Shown: positions 13,540 through 26,142 of the stretch, piece by piece
How the letters are laid out: the number at the start of each line of letters is the position of its first letter
How positions within the stretch are numbered: the stretch's first letter is position 1
DNA from: Felis catus
Taxonomy: Eukaryota
Length of the DNA: 64,000 nucleotides
Reading direction: 5' to 3'
NCBI RefSeq assembly: GCF_018350175.1
Contig: NC_058368.1
Span: 17,362,001-17,426,000, forward strand
Made by a program: the position numbers and the translations under genes
Notes under the pieces: generated by a model
Database searches by the model: none
Seen by the model: the letters and a program-made list of their open reading frames with translations, nothing else
What the model was told of the DNA's origin: nothing

Positions 13540-13629
13540 GTAAGACGTTATTTCTTGTGTTCAGCTGTAATTTGGAAATTGAAATCTATGTTGATATTTT
13601 TGGTGGCTCAGTAAATAACCCCCTCTTGC

Positions 13630-13851
13630 TTTTTGTTAATGTTTATTTACTTATTTTGAGGGAGAGGAAGAAAGTGAGCATGAGCGGGATAGGGGGAGAG
13701 AGAGAGGGAGAGAGGGAATCCCAAGCAAGCAGGGTCTACTCTGTCAGCACAGAGCCTGATGCGGGGCTTGATCCCAGGAACCATGAGATCATGACTTGAG
13801 CTGAAATCAAGAGTCAGATGGTTAACCGACTGAGCCACTCAGGTACCACCC
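13630..13851 (-). mobile_element. Can-SINE (older type)
   Basis: Reverse-complement SINE ~90 nt after the exon 10 donor. Confidence 0.9.
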
Positions 13852-14331
13852 GCCTCTTTCTGACTAAGGTTTTAAAGCAATTGAGAAATAGGGAAAAAGA
13901 GTAAGACGAATGGGGAGCCAAATCAACCATTAAAATTGAAAGTTGATGTTGGAGAATATGGTTTATATATAATGCCGAATTTTGAATGTTCATACCTCCC
14001 ACCTGGTAGAGATAGCCCTGGACCAGCAGTTTCTCCCTCAGTGAGAAAATTTATTATCAGTTTTCTCAGAGACCCACTCCTGTAAGACTTATGGCACATA
14101 GAGGCCACCCAGAGTACATGCTGTCTGGGGCTGGTTAATTCCCAAGGAAGGAGCTGGACTTCACACATTCAGTCTCTCTTAACCCACTCACCAATAATTA
14201 TGGGTGAGGGGACGGAGAGATGCCAGGAGTGTAATACTAATTAAGTTCTTCCCATATGGAAAGAAACATTAGAAATGAAGAAAAAGTATTCCCCTTACAT
14301 TTTAATTTATCCACATTTCTCACAATTTTAG

Positions 14332-14514
14332 AGGCCATCATTAAATTTGGAGAAACCAAATTTAGTGTCAGTGAACCCAAAGAACCAGGACAGTCGGTGG
14401 TTATAAAAATTCCAGTGATTCGCCAAGGAGATACTTCGAAGGTTTCCATCGTGAGAGTCCACACCAAGGATGGATCAGCCACCTCTGGAGAAGACTATCA
14501 CCCTGTGTCAGAAG
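14332..14514 (+). CDS. FREM2: FREM2 coding exon (~exon 11), Calx-beta
   Basis: ttttag|AGGCC...GAAG|gtacg; 183 nt; [16 protein letters not shown]...[15 protein letters not shown]. Confidence 0.95.
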
Positions 14515-15242
14515 GTACGGGCGTTCCCAGGGCCTGCCTCCAGGTGGGTGGTGCTCACACTATTTATTGGCACTGGTGCCCTTGAGAAAACGAAGAGAAA
14601 TATCCAACTGAAACAAAAATAGACATACCCCTTTACATTAATCTCTTCCAGAAAAACAAAGGCAGTGGAATTTAGTTCCAGAATTTTCCTTTTTGACTTA
14701 CAGGGTTTATGTGTGAGGACTTAGGGAAGAAGTTGTGAATAGACCAAATGACTTTATGTTCTAAGTCTACTTTTACTTTTAATAGGTGTTACCTTTATTA
14801 TGATAATCAGATACTAACTAAGTTCGATTCTAGAATATTCTAGTACGATGAAACTATGCATGGTAGCTGAGATAGTTTTTTAGTTTATAGAACACCAACA
14901 ATCTAAAACTTCAAGCTACAAAATTTTGTGCTAATGAAGGGCAGAAAAAGGCCGGTGAAATACGAACCAAAGAGACCATGAATTTTCCAGGCCTTAGGAT
15001 TTCGTAACGGATGCTTTTCATCCACCCCTCTCTGTCTTCAAATTTTTGGACCATTTCACCATTTATTTTTATGAGTAATTAAAACAAATCAGTTCTTCTC
15101 TCTCTTTTTATAAGCTATTTGCTGACAGAATAGCTATAAATTGATTTCTTTGTCAAAGGTAAGTTTGTGAATCATGTGGAGTTCTACTTATCCACATTGT
15201 TTCTAGTATCCTACCTGTTGCTACCAACAATCATTAGTTCTT

Positions 15243-15424
15243 TTTTTTAATGTTTTTATTTATTCTTGATGTGGGGGGGAAGGGGCAGAGAAAGAGACAG
15301 AGGATCCAAGGGAGCACTGCTGTGACAGCAGAGAGCCAGATTCGAGGATCCAACCCATGAGCCATGAGATCATGACCTGAACCGAAGTCGGACACTTAAC
15401 CGACTGAGCCACCCGGGCGTCCCC
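15243..15424 (-). mobile_element. Can-SINE
   Basis: TSD aatc(a/t)ttagttctt. Confidence 0.9.
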
Positions 15425-15690
15425 AATCTTTAGTTCTTGATCATACGGCATCAGGCATTCACCTTGATCTCCTAACTTGTGAAAAAAAAAAAAAAAAGGT
15501 TGGAAAATGATGGACAATGATTTCTGAGTCAGTAATAAAGTTGATGAAGACAATAGGAAAAAAAAAAAAGCATCCTCTACCAAAAAGCTTGTTTTCCTTG
15601 CATATATGGTAAATGTTTGACTACTGTAAGGCTTCAAAGTTATCCTCAGAATTTTCTCTTTGCAAAGAATGATATATTTATATTTTAAAT

Positions 15691-15735
15691 ATATTATATT
15701 ATATTATATTATATTATATTATATTATATTATATT
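15691..15735. repeat. (ATATT)9 microsatellite
   Basis: Direct reading. Confidence 0.95.
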
Positions 15736-16013
15736 TGAAATAAATCACATACAGCCCAAAAGGAGAAGAAAAAAACTGGTTAGCTACAAAATTATAAAAA
15801 TCTAAAATAAGTCTTTTTTCTGTAAATAAGCAGATTTTACATAAAGGAAACACCTTCTAAAGATGGAGAATGTGACCTTTAACTGAAAATGTTTTTCAAG
15901 GAAACAAAACAAACTTTTTTGCTGAAGCAGAAATAAAACTATACCTCTGTAGTAAACTGACCTATGAAGTCAGAAAAAGGTTAAATATCAGTGAATCAGC
16001 TTGTGCCTCTTTT

Positions 16014-16230
16014 TTTTAATTTTTTTTTAACGTCTATTTATTTTTGAGACAGAGAGAGACAGAGCATGAACGGGGAGGGGCAGAGAGAGAGGGAGACACA
16101 GAATCTGAAACAGGCTGCAGGCTCTGAGCGGTCAGGACAGAGCCCGACGCGGGGCTTGAACTCACAGGCCGTGGGATCATGACCTGAGCCGAAGTCGGAC
16201 GCTTAACCGACCAAGCCACCCAGGCGCCCC
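16014..16230 (-). mobile_element. Can-SINE
   Basis: Perfect TSD agcttgtgcctctttt (15998-16013/16231-16246). Confidence 0.95.
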
Positions 16231-17890
16231 AGCTTGTGCCTCTTTTATCCCATTATAAACATGCTGTTTCTAAAGCTTCCAATTAAAATGTCATCTCTTC
16301 TAACCCATATTCTAATTTCTCCCCCTGTGGTCAAAATGGAGGCCAGTCCCTAATGAACAAACAGAAATAACAAATATAGAAGAAAAACTGAAACTTTTTT
16401 TGTGCTAAAAATGTCAAAAGTGACAGATAAAGACTAAAGTAATTGAGTCATCGAGGAAACTTACCTATCATCTAGCAAGTGTACGGTGAGAAAACAGTCA
16501 TTTAAATATTTAAAAGAAATACTTAAGTTTTTAACTTCTTAGAAATTGGGTTTCTGTAGCTCTGGATGTTATAAAACTCGACTGCTTATATAAGGGCTAA
16601 AACAAGTGATGAAAAGAGTGAAGCAAGTGACGTAGGAGGGAAAATGACACGTTGGAGGCGTTACTGAACCATAAAGTCCATTCCCTGCTGGGAAAAGCCG
16701 GCACCATCATAGCCAGCTGACTTTTGCCAAGCAGGAAAGTGCAAAAGAACTTAAAAAAAAAATCTGTATTTTTCTATGCAATCCCCAGATATTTTTGGTT
16801 TCAAAAACTAATTTTATAATGAAATGTCACAGGAGTCAGACCAAACAAATTGATGGGCCAGAGATGATCAGCTCTTTTCATCCTCCGGAACAAGAACCCT
16901 AAATTCTCTCAGGGTCTGAGAAACCCAAGACTAATAGACTCAAAGAACACGCTAAGGCTAATGTGGAAGATGGCTATATATAGAAACAGAACTCATTTTA
17001 GAGGGATCTGGCTTACTAACTCAATTTTAAAGAAAAAAAATCTTTTTCATAATTTATAAAAAAATAGAAGTAGCAGAAGAAACACACATTGGAGACACAT
17101 TTTCCTCTGCCACACTTTAAAGGATTTGTAATTTAGAGTTCTAATGGTTGAACTTCAGTTATGTCGGAAACAGCATCTGCTATCTTCTCTAATTGGAGTG
17201 ATATGCATTAAACTTTTTACCTCTCTTCTGAGCCAGTTTCTCAAAAGGTACAGGAAAACCAACAAAGTCGTTTATCCAAGTCTCATGATATGGGTAGCTG
17301 CTGACTCTTGAGTTCAGTAAAATCAATTAATTTTTAACGTTTTAAGAATTTTGAAATGAATAATTTTTTTAAAAGGATTCTCATAACTGGGTTTCATTTT
17401 CATGACAATGAAACAAATTTGTTTTTAGCGAGGGCAGGATTGAGGGGAAGAATGCCATTCGCATCTCTCAAAAAGAATTTTCTAAGTTTCCAAGATTAAC
17501 GCCAACAACAGAAAAAAGTCTTCTTAAAATATAATTTGATACAATATTAAAAAGCTCAACAATTTTATATCCACCTTATATTATCCATACATACTTAATG
17601 CAAGTGCTGTTCACAGTTCATAATATTTGTAAAATTAGTCACTTAACTTGGATCCTATTGGCTCAGAAATTCTGGAACCAAGAAGTCCGTTTTTCTGGTT
17701 ACGCCTCAGTATTAGAACTGGTGATCTTCTGTTCCATTATTCTGTGTTTTCTCAGACTGTGGGCCAACAAACAAATATAGTAGCTTCTGATTAGAATTTT
17801 ATTTGGATGAAATTGAATAGAATGGAAAACATTGAAGTGCAAGACCTGAAGTAAAAATAAATGATGTTTTCAAACTTGTTTTTCCATTTT

Positions 17891-17893
<3 letters not shown>

Positions 17894-17932
<39 letters not shown>
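17894..17932. repeat. (CA)19 microsatellite
   Basis: Direct reading; ~113 nt upstream of exon 12. Confidence 0.95.
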
Positions 17933-17934
<2 letters not shown>

Positions 17935-18045
17935 GGCCACAGTGTGAAGTGTTTTTCCTCATTGTGAGTCACTGTCAAAAAAGCTTGACAAAAATTTCAC
18001 ATGTTCGTGTGGAAAGGACTTCAATCTGTGATTCTGCATTTGTAG

Positions 18046-18176
18046 AAATTGAGTTTAAGGAGGGAGAAACGCAGCATCTTGTTAACATTGAAGTAATCTT
18101 CGATGGGATCAGAGAAATGAGAGAGGCCTTCACTGTTCACCTAAAACCCGATGAGAACATGATTGCAGAGACTCAG
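18046..18176 (+). CDS. FREM2: FREM2 coding exon (~exon 12)
   Basis: ttgtag|AAATT...TCAG|gtaag; 131 nt; [13 protein letters not shown]...MIAETQ. Confidence 0.95.
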
Positions 18177-19709
18177 GTAAGAGAATGTGGATACAAATTC
18201 AGGGCTTGCACTTTAATCGGGGAAAATGCATATAAGCCTCACATGGTATACAGTAGACTAATGGAATTTTGTGCAAGCCTCGTGGAAGGAGATGTGCATA
18301 ATCCCCTTTTCACCTCAGACATAAATGTTGCTCCTATTACTCTTCCTTTGAAAAGTCATGTGTAGAGAAACTCAGAGACTGCAGTCACTGAGCCCCACGT
18401 CTGCCCATTTAGCCTTTCCATTTCAGTCGGCAGCCCTTGAATTTGAGATTCATTTCCAGAAAGAGAGCATCATCTCCGCATAAAGAGAAGACTGTAAATT
18501 CAGTGCTGCAGCTCATTAAAATGTACATTTTCATCCACGTCACAGTTTGCTGTCCCTCAAAATTCCCACCGCTCATCCTGGCTTTACAAATTGATGTCCG
18601 GAGCCTCAGCGACCAAAATGTTATGGTCCTAATACTGGTTTTCTGTGCTCATTTCACTTAAATTGTGTCACCGACCAATTTTCTTCAAGATACACATAAT
18701 TTCCACAGAATGTTGACATTTGAACCTTAATCTCTACAACTGAATAATTTTAGGCACAGACCGATGTTTCTAATGTCTATGCTTTAATCTACTGTTTCTT
18801 TGATTGTTTGATTTACTATTAGTACAAAATCAAATTGGGCAGATTTCTTCCCTTCAGTATTTGTTATCATTTTATAAGCTTTCCTGCCTGATGGTGTTTC
18901 TGCTACAGTGCCTGGCTTTTTTTTAAGTCATATTGAAAATTCAAGAAGTATGGGCCGAAAACCTTTCCCGCGTATATATTTTTTATAACCCTTGATCACA
19001 TTAAAAATGATTATTGTTATTTTTATGGAGCATTGCATTAAACTCTTTGGGGTGAAAGGACCAGAGATTCATTCAGGTCACTCCAAGGGACAACAGCTTC
19101 TTTTACAAATCCACAGGTGAATATAGATTTGGAAACTGTGATATATAAGATATCGGAAGGTTCTTCAGGAGCTAAGGCAAATTTATCGGCAAGGTGTCCT
19201 GGCATCACGCTCTGCCTGGGCTTCAGGCTGTGCTTCTGGTCCCTGCTCATTTAAAGCCTCGCTTTTCACTGGCATCCGCGTCAGCATGGCCATGCTGTCA
19301 CATGACCCCTAGGATCTGCCTCATTTCAGCCTGTCGCTCAGCTTTTTTCCCGCTAGCAGCTAATTGGCCCTTTCGTGGGTCTTCCAAATCTCAACCCAAG
19401 ACAGATTCAGCCGCGATCATCACGATTTGGAGAGGAAAAATAGAACCCAAATACCTCGTGAACCACCGGCCAACCCCGGCTGCCCTGGGCTCATGCACCC
19501 TCCCCTGGTGCCAGCAGATATGGCCAAGGTGCCAGAATCACCCAGAACAAACCACATAGGGCCTGTCACTCTGCAGGGGCCCTGCGTGTGACAGTTCTCA
19601 TCACTGTGAAGCCAGGGACGTGCCAAGCATCATGGGTATCATACCGTACAATAGAAGCTCCTAGAGCCAAATATTTTAATAATCAAAGGTAATTATCTTT
19701 TCCCTGTAG

Positions 19710-19868
19710 GTCACCAAAGCCATTGTGTATATAGAAGAAATGAACAGCATGGCAGACGTCACTTTTCCTTCTGTCCCTCAAATTGTGTCGTTACTGATGT
19801 ATGATGACACTTCCAGAGCTAAAGATAGTGCTGGACCTGTGTCTGGCTATCCTGTCGTCTGTATCACA
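19710..19868 (+). CDS. FREM2: FREM2 coding exon (~exon 13)
   Basis: ctgtag|GTCAC...CACA|gtgag; 159 nt; [10 protein letters not shown]...GYPVVCIT. Confidence 0.95.
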
Positions 19869-21153
19869 GTGAGTAGGCAATTGACAAAATTGAGAAAAAT
19901 TGCAAAATGACTATTTAAAATAATTATAGATGTTAGCCAGTGTAGGATAGGCTTTGCCATGAAGAAATGCCAAGTGGAAAATACCACAAGGCATAAGCTT
20001 TGAACTTTGGGGACAGGAAAACATAACGTTGGTCAAATAAAGCTCCTATTTTTCTTCCTTATCCAACAAAGGTTTATTAACTCATGTGTACACAGTGTGT
20101 TATCTCCTGTTATCTCAGGGTCTGCCATTGATAGAAAAATAAATAAGGGTTGAACTGTGCACTCAAGAAACTTAAAAATTGGATTTTTAAGGAAGAGAAA
20201 AATGGATAGGAATCGTCGCTCTACCAGAGGGTAAGATGTGATCATGACCATGAAAGCCAGCTAAAGCCCCAGCTCCATGTGTGAGAAGAGCCTTGGGGTA
20301 CTTGTTTGGAATTTCAGCAGTTTAAGATAAGAGTCAGACAGGGGAAGGCCATTCCAGGAGGAAGTGATTGCAACACGAGCTACATCTACAGGAATAGCGC
20401 TAAAAAATGGCCTATTATGATTACTTTTTACTTGCCTCTCCTTGACTTTAAGTTATAAGTTCCTTGCGAGCAAAACTGGAATGCATTTATTTTTATATGT
20501 TATTTTTATATGACCACAGCCCAGGTGTAATGATCTACGTATAATAGGCACACAATAAATGTTTATTGAATTAACTAGGCAGGTAAGAATTTGGTGCCAA
20601 GTTATAGAGTTCTTTCCATGTTATACGAAGGACCGTGGACTTCATCGGTTGGGTAGCAGGGGGTTCTCGCGCAGAGGAATGGCGGGAGAAGAGGGCTGTG
20701 TTGGAGTGTCCCCACACAGCAGTGTGTCACTTGCCCGGAAAGACCCCCAGCCTGCTGCGAGGTGGTGCTGGGAATGGGAAGGAAGGTACCGGCTTAAACA
20801 TTGCAAAAGAAGAACCAACCAAGTTCACTGACCCACCGGAAGTGGGGGACAAGATGAGAGAGAGGAGGGAGGGAGGGAGAAGAAGAATGATTCGGGATCT
20901 CGGAGATTCATGAGGTGATGCAAAGCATAGCAAGTTTACGGGCATCAAGAGTAGAAACGCCCAGTAAGCTATTTGAAATGGAAGTTCAGAGTCCACACGC
21001 GCTGTTAGGGCTAGAATAGAAATGTGCCGGCTGCTTGAATAGCAGGTAGAAATGGCAAAAAGCAGCAGGGAAAACACTAGGATAGAGAGCTTGAGAGGCA
21101 GAACTTCCACACTGTTCTGTGCCGTGGCCCTAACAGTCACTTGTCTCCCACAG

Positions 21154-21457
21154 GCTTGCAACCCTAAATACTCAGACTATGACAAAACAGGCTCCATTTG
21201 TGCAAGTGAGAACATCAACGACACCTTGACCCGGTACCGATGGCTGACTAGCGCTCCCGCTGGCCCTGATGGCGTGACCAGCCCCATGAGAGAAGTGGAC
21301 TTTGACACCTTCTTTACGTCATCCAAGATGATCACCTTAGACTCCGTATACTTTCAGCCTGGCTCTCGGGTGCAGTGTGCGGCTCGTGCTGTGAATGCCG
21401 ATGGCAATGAGGGCCTGGAGCTGATGAGCCCTGTCGTAACCATCAGCAGAGAAGAAG
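21154..21457 (+). CDS. FREM2: FREM2 coding exon (~exon 14)
   Basis: ccacag|GCTTG...GAAG|gtact; 304 nt; [16 protein letters not shown]...TISREE. Confidence 0.95.
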
Positions 21458-21570
21458 GTACTGCACTGCCATTGTCACACGACGACCACTGAAATACACA
21501 AATGTCTGATTCCTGGCTATTAGTCTCCCAAATGCCCCCATGCATTCCTTAATATTCTTTAAGTGCTTAA

Positions 21571-21776
21571 TTTTTTTTAAGTTTATGTATCTGTTTTGAG
21601 AGAGAGAGTGAGAGCGGACGAGGGGCAGAAAGAGAGGGAGAAAGAAAACCCCAAGCAGCCTCCGTGTTCTCAGTGCCAAGCCCGACACAGGGCTGGAACT
21701 CACGAACCGCGAGATCGCGCGTGACCTAAGCCGAAATTGAGAGTAGGACGCTTAACCAACTGAGCCACCGGGTGCC
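21571..21776 (-). mobile_element. Can-SINE
   Basis: Degenerate 20-bp TSD aatattctt(t/c)aagt(g/a)cttaa. Confidence 0.92.
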
Positions 21777-22486
21777 TAAATATTCTTCAAGTACTTAAAA
21801 AATGACATCATTTTTATAAAAATATCCATTAGAAAATAAGTATTTATTTGTTCCACGTGTTTTGATCACCTGTTATATGCCAGACTTTAGGCTGGCATAC
21901 GCATACTTTCTGCTGGTGATGAGAACAAGAGATCAGGATGCTTATTCTCGAGGAATTCACTCAAGCCGGGGACTAAAGATTAACTTTAGTCTGGACAAGG
22001 CACAGTAAAAGTGATTCGTTCTACCCTGGGTGGGTCAGGAAAGGTTTCCTCAAAGAAAAACTGCTTACGCTGAATCTTGGAAACAGCAGAGAAAGAAAAG
22101 CATGAGCAATTACTGATAGAAGGCTGAAAAATCATGGGATAATCCGGAAACTACAGAGACATGGGGAAGCACGTGAGAGGGAGACTAGGGAGAATCTGGA
22201 CACGGTGGCTCCTATACGATGACCTGGTTGCTGCACAAGTAGGAGTTTGCTGGGGACCGGGCCCGAGGAGGGATGGTGCAGGTGGAGAGAGATGTACAGG
22301 TGTCCACACTCTGTGATTACGGGGGTGGGGGGGTGGGCCCCAATGTCACCTCCAAGCCCAGACATTGGAGGTGAAGAACAGGATGTAGCTGGAGACAACA
22401 CTGAAAAGACAGGAACTCTACTTTATAAACTAATCTTGCACTCTGGAGAAGAACTTTTAATTAGATTTTTAAAATAACAGTCTGGT

Positions 22487-22688
22487 GGGGCGCCTGGGTG
22501 GCTCAGTCAGTTGGACGACTGACTTTGGCTCATAATCTCGTGATCTGTGAGTTCGAGCCCTGCGTCGGGCTCTGTGCTGACAGCTTGGAGCCTGGAGCCT
22601 GCTTCGGATTCTGTGTCTCCCTCTCCGTCTGCCCCTCCCCAACTCGCACTCTGTTACTCTCAAAAATAAATAAACATTAAAAAAATTG
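22487..22688 (+). mobile_element. Can-SINE
   Basis: Full head/body/tail; degenerate TSD aaa(a/g)taacagt. Confidence 0.92.
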
Positions 22689-22881
22689 AAAGTAACAGTT
22701 TGTTTATAAGATTTTATTCCTAAAACTTTCTTTGCATATAATGGTTCAGAAGTGTGTTTGTTGCATAAAGAAATGTTATAGGTACCACCTCCCACAGTTA
22801 ATACTCAGGATCAATATTTATTGATATCATATATAGTAAACATGCTCTTCTGTTAGAATTAAAATATATGGATTTTAAATT

Positions 22882-23088
22882 TTTTTTAATGTTTTTAATT
22901 ATTTTTGAGACAGAGAGAGACAGAGCATGAGCAAGTGAGGGGCAGAGAGAGAGGGAGACACAGAATCTAAAGCAGGCTCCAGGCTCTAAGCTGTCAGCAC
23001 AGAGCCCAATACAGGGCTCAAACTCACCACGAGATCATGACTTGAGCTGAAGTCGGACGCTTAACCGATTGAGCCACCCAGGCACCCC
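22882..23088 (-). mobile_element. Can-SINE
   Basis: TSD taaaatatatgg(a/t)ttttaaatt. Confidence 0.92.
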
Positions 23089-24122
23089 TAAAATATATGG
23101 TTTTTAAATTCCTCTAAAAACCAAACTGTTATGTTAGTACCAGAAAGGAAAAAAAAAAAAATTAAACACTGCCTTAAAATGAGTCCCCCTCTTTATAAAA
23201 TAGTCCAGATGTGGCAACTGCCTTGATTTTATTGCTATCTTAATAAATATTTGTCTGTTTCCTTTGTTTTGTACAAATAGAAAAGAGATTATATATTGCC
23301 TAATTGTCTTGAAATTACAACCCCACATCTTTGTCTGTTCCATGTTACGAAAATGAAAACATTACAATTCTTTTAAAGTAAACACTGGAGGAAGATTTTC
23401 ATGTCAGCATTCTTGAGGATCACTGAGAGCTAGATAGATGTTAGACAGAAAACAATCTTATATCGTCATGTGTTTCAGTACGTGTCTGCATATGTCAGTA
23501 TCAGTATATTTTGTATCAGTATGTATATTATAAATTATAATTCATAATACACATACCATAAGAAGTTACATATATAGAGAAAACTCCACTGTATACATTT
23601 TGTTCCCTAATTTTAAGGAGACTAGGTTTTTTTGTTTTAAAGATGAGTGCATTTTTAGTTGCTTTGATTATCAATACCGATACTTTATGACTAGTCAGTA
23701 AGTAAGTATATTATTCTATGGTAAACATCCAATTCATGTAATTAAACTGTAGTTATTTTTTCTTGTCGGCTTTCACATGTTATATTAAAATGACTTTGTA
23801 AATATGATTATAACCTAGAATGAATGCCCAGTGTATTAAACAATTGAACAGTAAACAGAATAATTAAACATTGAACAATAACGATTTTTTCTCAAACTTT
23901 ATAAAACACCCAACATGTAAAGAAGTAGCCAGTAAACTGTCTGCTGTGATTGCTTCTCACACCAGGGTTTTCGGCTTTTTTATAGCTCTTCTTAGCAATG
24001 CTTTGGTCCACAGAGAATTTTTAATTTTATTACTTAAAAAGTAAGGGTGCCTAGTTTAAAAACACTCTCTAGGTGTTGTCTGTTTTCTTCTTTTAGCATA
24101 AACATGTTCGTTTTTCCCTGAG

Positions 24123-24254
24123 GTCTTTGTCAGCCCCGAGTACCAGGGACTGTGGGAGCAGAACCATTCTCCGCTAAACTGCGCTACACGGGCCCCGAGG
24201 ACCCAGAGTACACAAACCTTATCAAGCTCACTGTCACGATGCCACACGTAGACG
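24123..24254 (+). CDS. FREM2: FREM2 coding exon (~exon 15)
   Basis: ccctgag|GTCTT...GACG|gtagg; 132 nt; [24 protein letters not shown]...MPHVD; absent from the ORF track, translated by hand. Confidence 0.93.
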
Positions 24255-24762
24255 GTAGGTGGCTTGGGTGAGCAAAGCCACGGGAGTGGTTTGGGCTCCT
24301 CCGTACCTGGTTCATGTCACTGAGTGGTCGAAATCACCAAACAGACAATACGTGTTCGTTGTGCGACTTGACCGTCGAGTCCTTCTGCTTCTTTCAAGTG
24401 TTTCTGCTTTCTCTCGATCCTGTTTTTTTAAGTGTGACAATTTACGCATTCTTTAAAATGAAATAAATTTAATACATTGTCCAAACACAATGGAGCGAAA
24501 CTTTGGTTAATGTGCTAGTTTTTATGAAATGGCACAAATATGTCCATCCTTAAAACCTCTTAATCTTAAACTTGGAATTCCGGTAAAGTATCTCGACATC
24601 TCATTGAGCCTTCAGTGTGTATTTGCTATTTCATAGCCGGAATTTTATAAATCCAATTTATAAACGGTGTTCATTTTCTCCAGATAAGAAAGTGTGGCCA
24701 GAATTTATGAGTCATTAACTTTATCCACACCGGGAACATTTTCCCAAGTACAGAAAATGTTT

Positions 24763-24980
24763 TCTTTCTTTTTTTTTTTAACGTTTATTTATTTTTGAGA
24801 GACAGAGACAGAACGTGAGTGGGGGAAGGGCAGAGAGAAAGGGAGACACAGAGTCCGAAGCAGGCTCCAGGCTCTGAGCTGTCAGCATAGAGCCCGACGC
24901 GGGGCTCGAACCCACAAACCGTGAGATCATGACCTGAGCTGAAGTCGGACGCTTACCCGACTGAGCCACCCAGGCGCCCC
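24763..24980 (-). mobile_element. Can-SINE
   Basis: TSD cagaaaa(tg/ca)ttt. Confidence 0.92.
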
Positions 24981-25563
24981 CAGAAAACATTTGCAAGTTC
25001 TATTCCCCTCAATGACTTTATACCTGAAATAAATTGTTAATATTAATTTCACCACTTGGTGTGTTAGTTATAGTTTAAGTAGCTAGGTGAGAGGAAACAA
25101 CTGGTCAGTATTGGGAACGATAAGGTAGAATTTTTCTTTCTCAGAAAAAAAAGACGTAAGTGTGTTTTTCCTGCTTATTACAAACCCAAATTTGTGTTGG
25201 TGGGAGATAGGTGGGCAAGAATGTGCACCTCTTTACTTTACAGCATAGTGAGGGACCCACGTACGCCCAGCCCATCTCTAGGCTCATGTTGGAGATGTGA
25301 CTCAAAGGTGCGAAGGGAAGGAGGGACCCAGCAGGGAAAAACAAGCTATAACAGTCCTAATAGAAAGGCTGGTCCCTCATGCTGCTCCCAGAACTGACTG
25401 TGCATTGTGTGCATTGGTCAATAGCCACAGCTCTTCCAGGAGCATGGTAGTAGCTGACCAGTTCTTTTGTGAGGCCAAGGGTCGCTCTAGAAGAATCTGA
25501 GAATGAGAGGTGGGTAAGATTCCAGAACACCTCTCTCATGGTCCTTTGCTGTGTTGTTTACAC

Positions 25564-26126
25564 CGGGCTTCAACAAACTGTGGCCTCTGTGCTAAACCCA
25601 GCTTGCTGCCTCTTTTCAAACAATCTTGCAACCTAAGAATGGTTTTACATGTTTAAATGTTTGGAAAAAACCAAAAGAACAATATTTCATGGAGCGTGAA
25701 AATTACATGAAATTATAATCCATTGTTCATGATAAAGTCTTCTGTTAATCCTTTTACGTATCTCCCGTGGCAGCCTCCCATCTACCATGGCAGCATCGAG
25801 CCGTTGTGACACAGACCTGATGGCCCACAAATTTTAAAATATTTACTATTTTGGGGCGCCTGGGTGGCGCAGTCGGTTAAGCGTCCGACTTCAGCCAGGT
25901 CACGATCTCGCGGTCCGTGAGTTCGAGCCCCGCATCAGGCTCTGGGCTGATGGCTCAGAGCCTGGACCCTGTTTCCGATTCTGTGTCTCCCTCTCTCTCT
26001 GCCCCTCCCCCATTCATGCTCTGTCTCTCTCTGTCCCAAAAATAAATAAAAACGTTGAAAAAAAAAAAAAAATTTAAAAAAATATTTACTATTTGACCCT
26101 TTATGGAAGAAGTTTGCCAGTCCTCG
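25564..26126 (+). mobile_element. hAT-Charlie non-autonomous DNA transposon (MER58B-like), interrupted by a SINE
   Basis: ctaagaatggttttacat...gtgaaaattacatgaaatt...aaaatatttactat[SINE]ttgaccctttatggaagaagtttgcc matches recalled MER58B. Confidence 0.75.
25853..26078 (+). mobile_element. Can-SINE, young felid subfamily
   Basis: Young diagnostics; TSD aaaatatttactattt (25836-25851/26079-26094). Confidence 0.95.
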
Positions 26127-26142
26127 GCCTGTATTTTATAGG

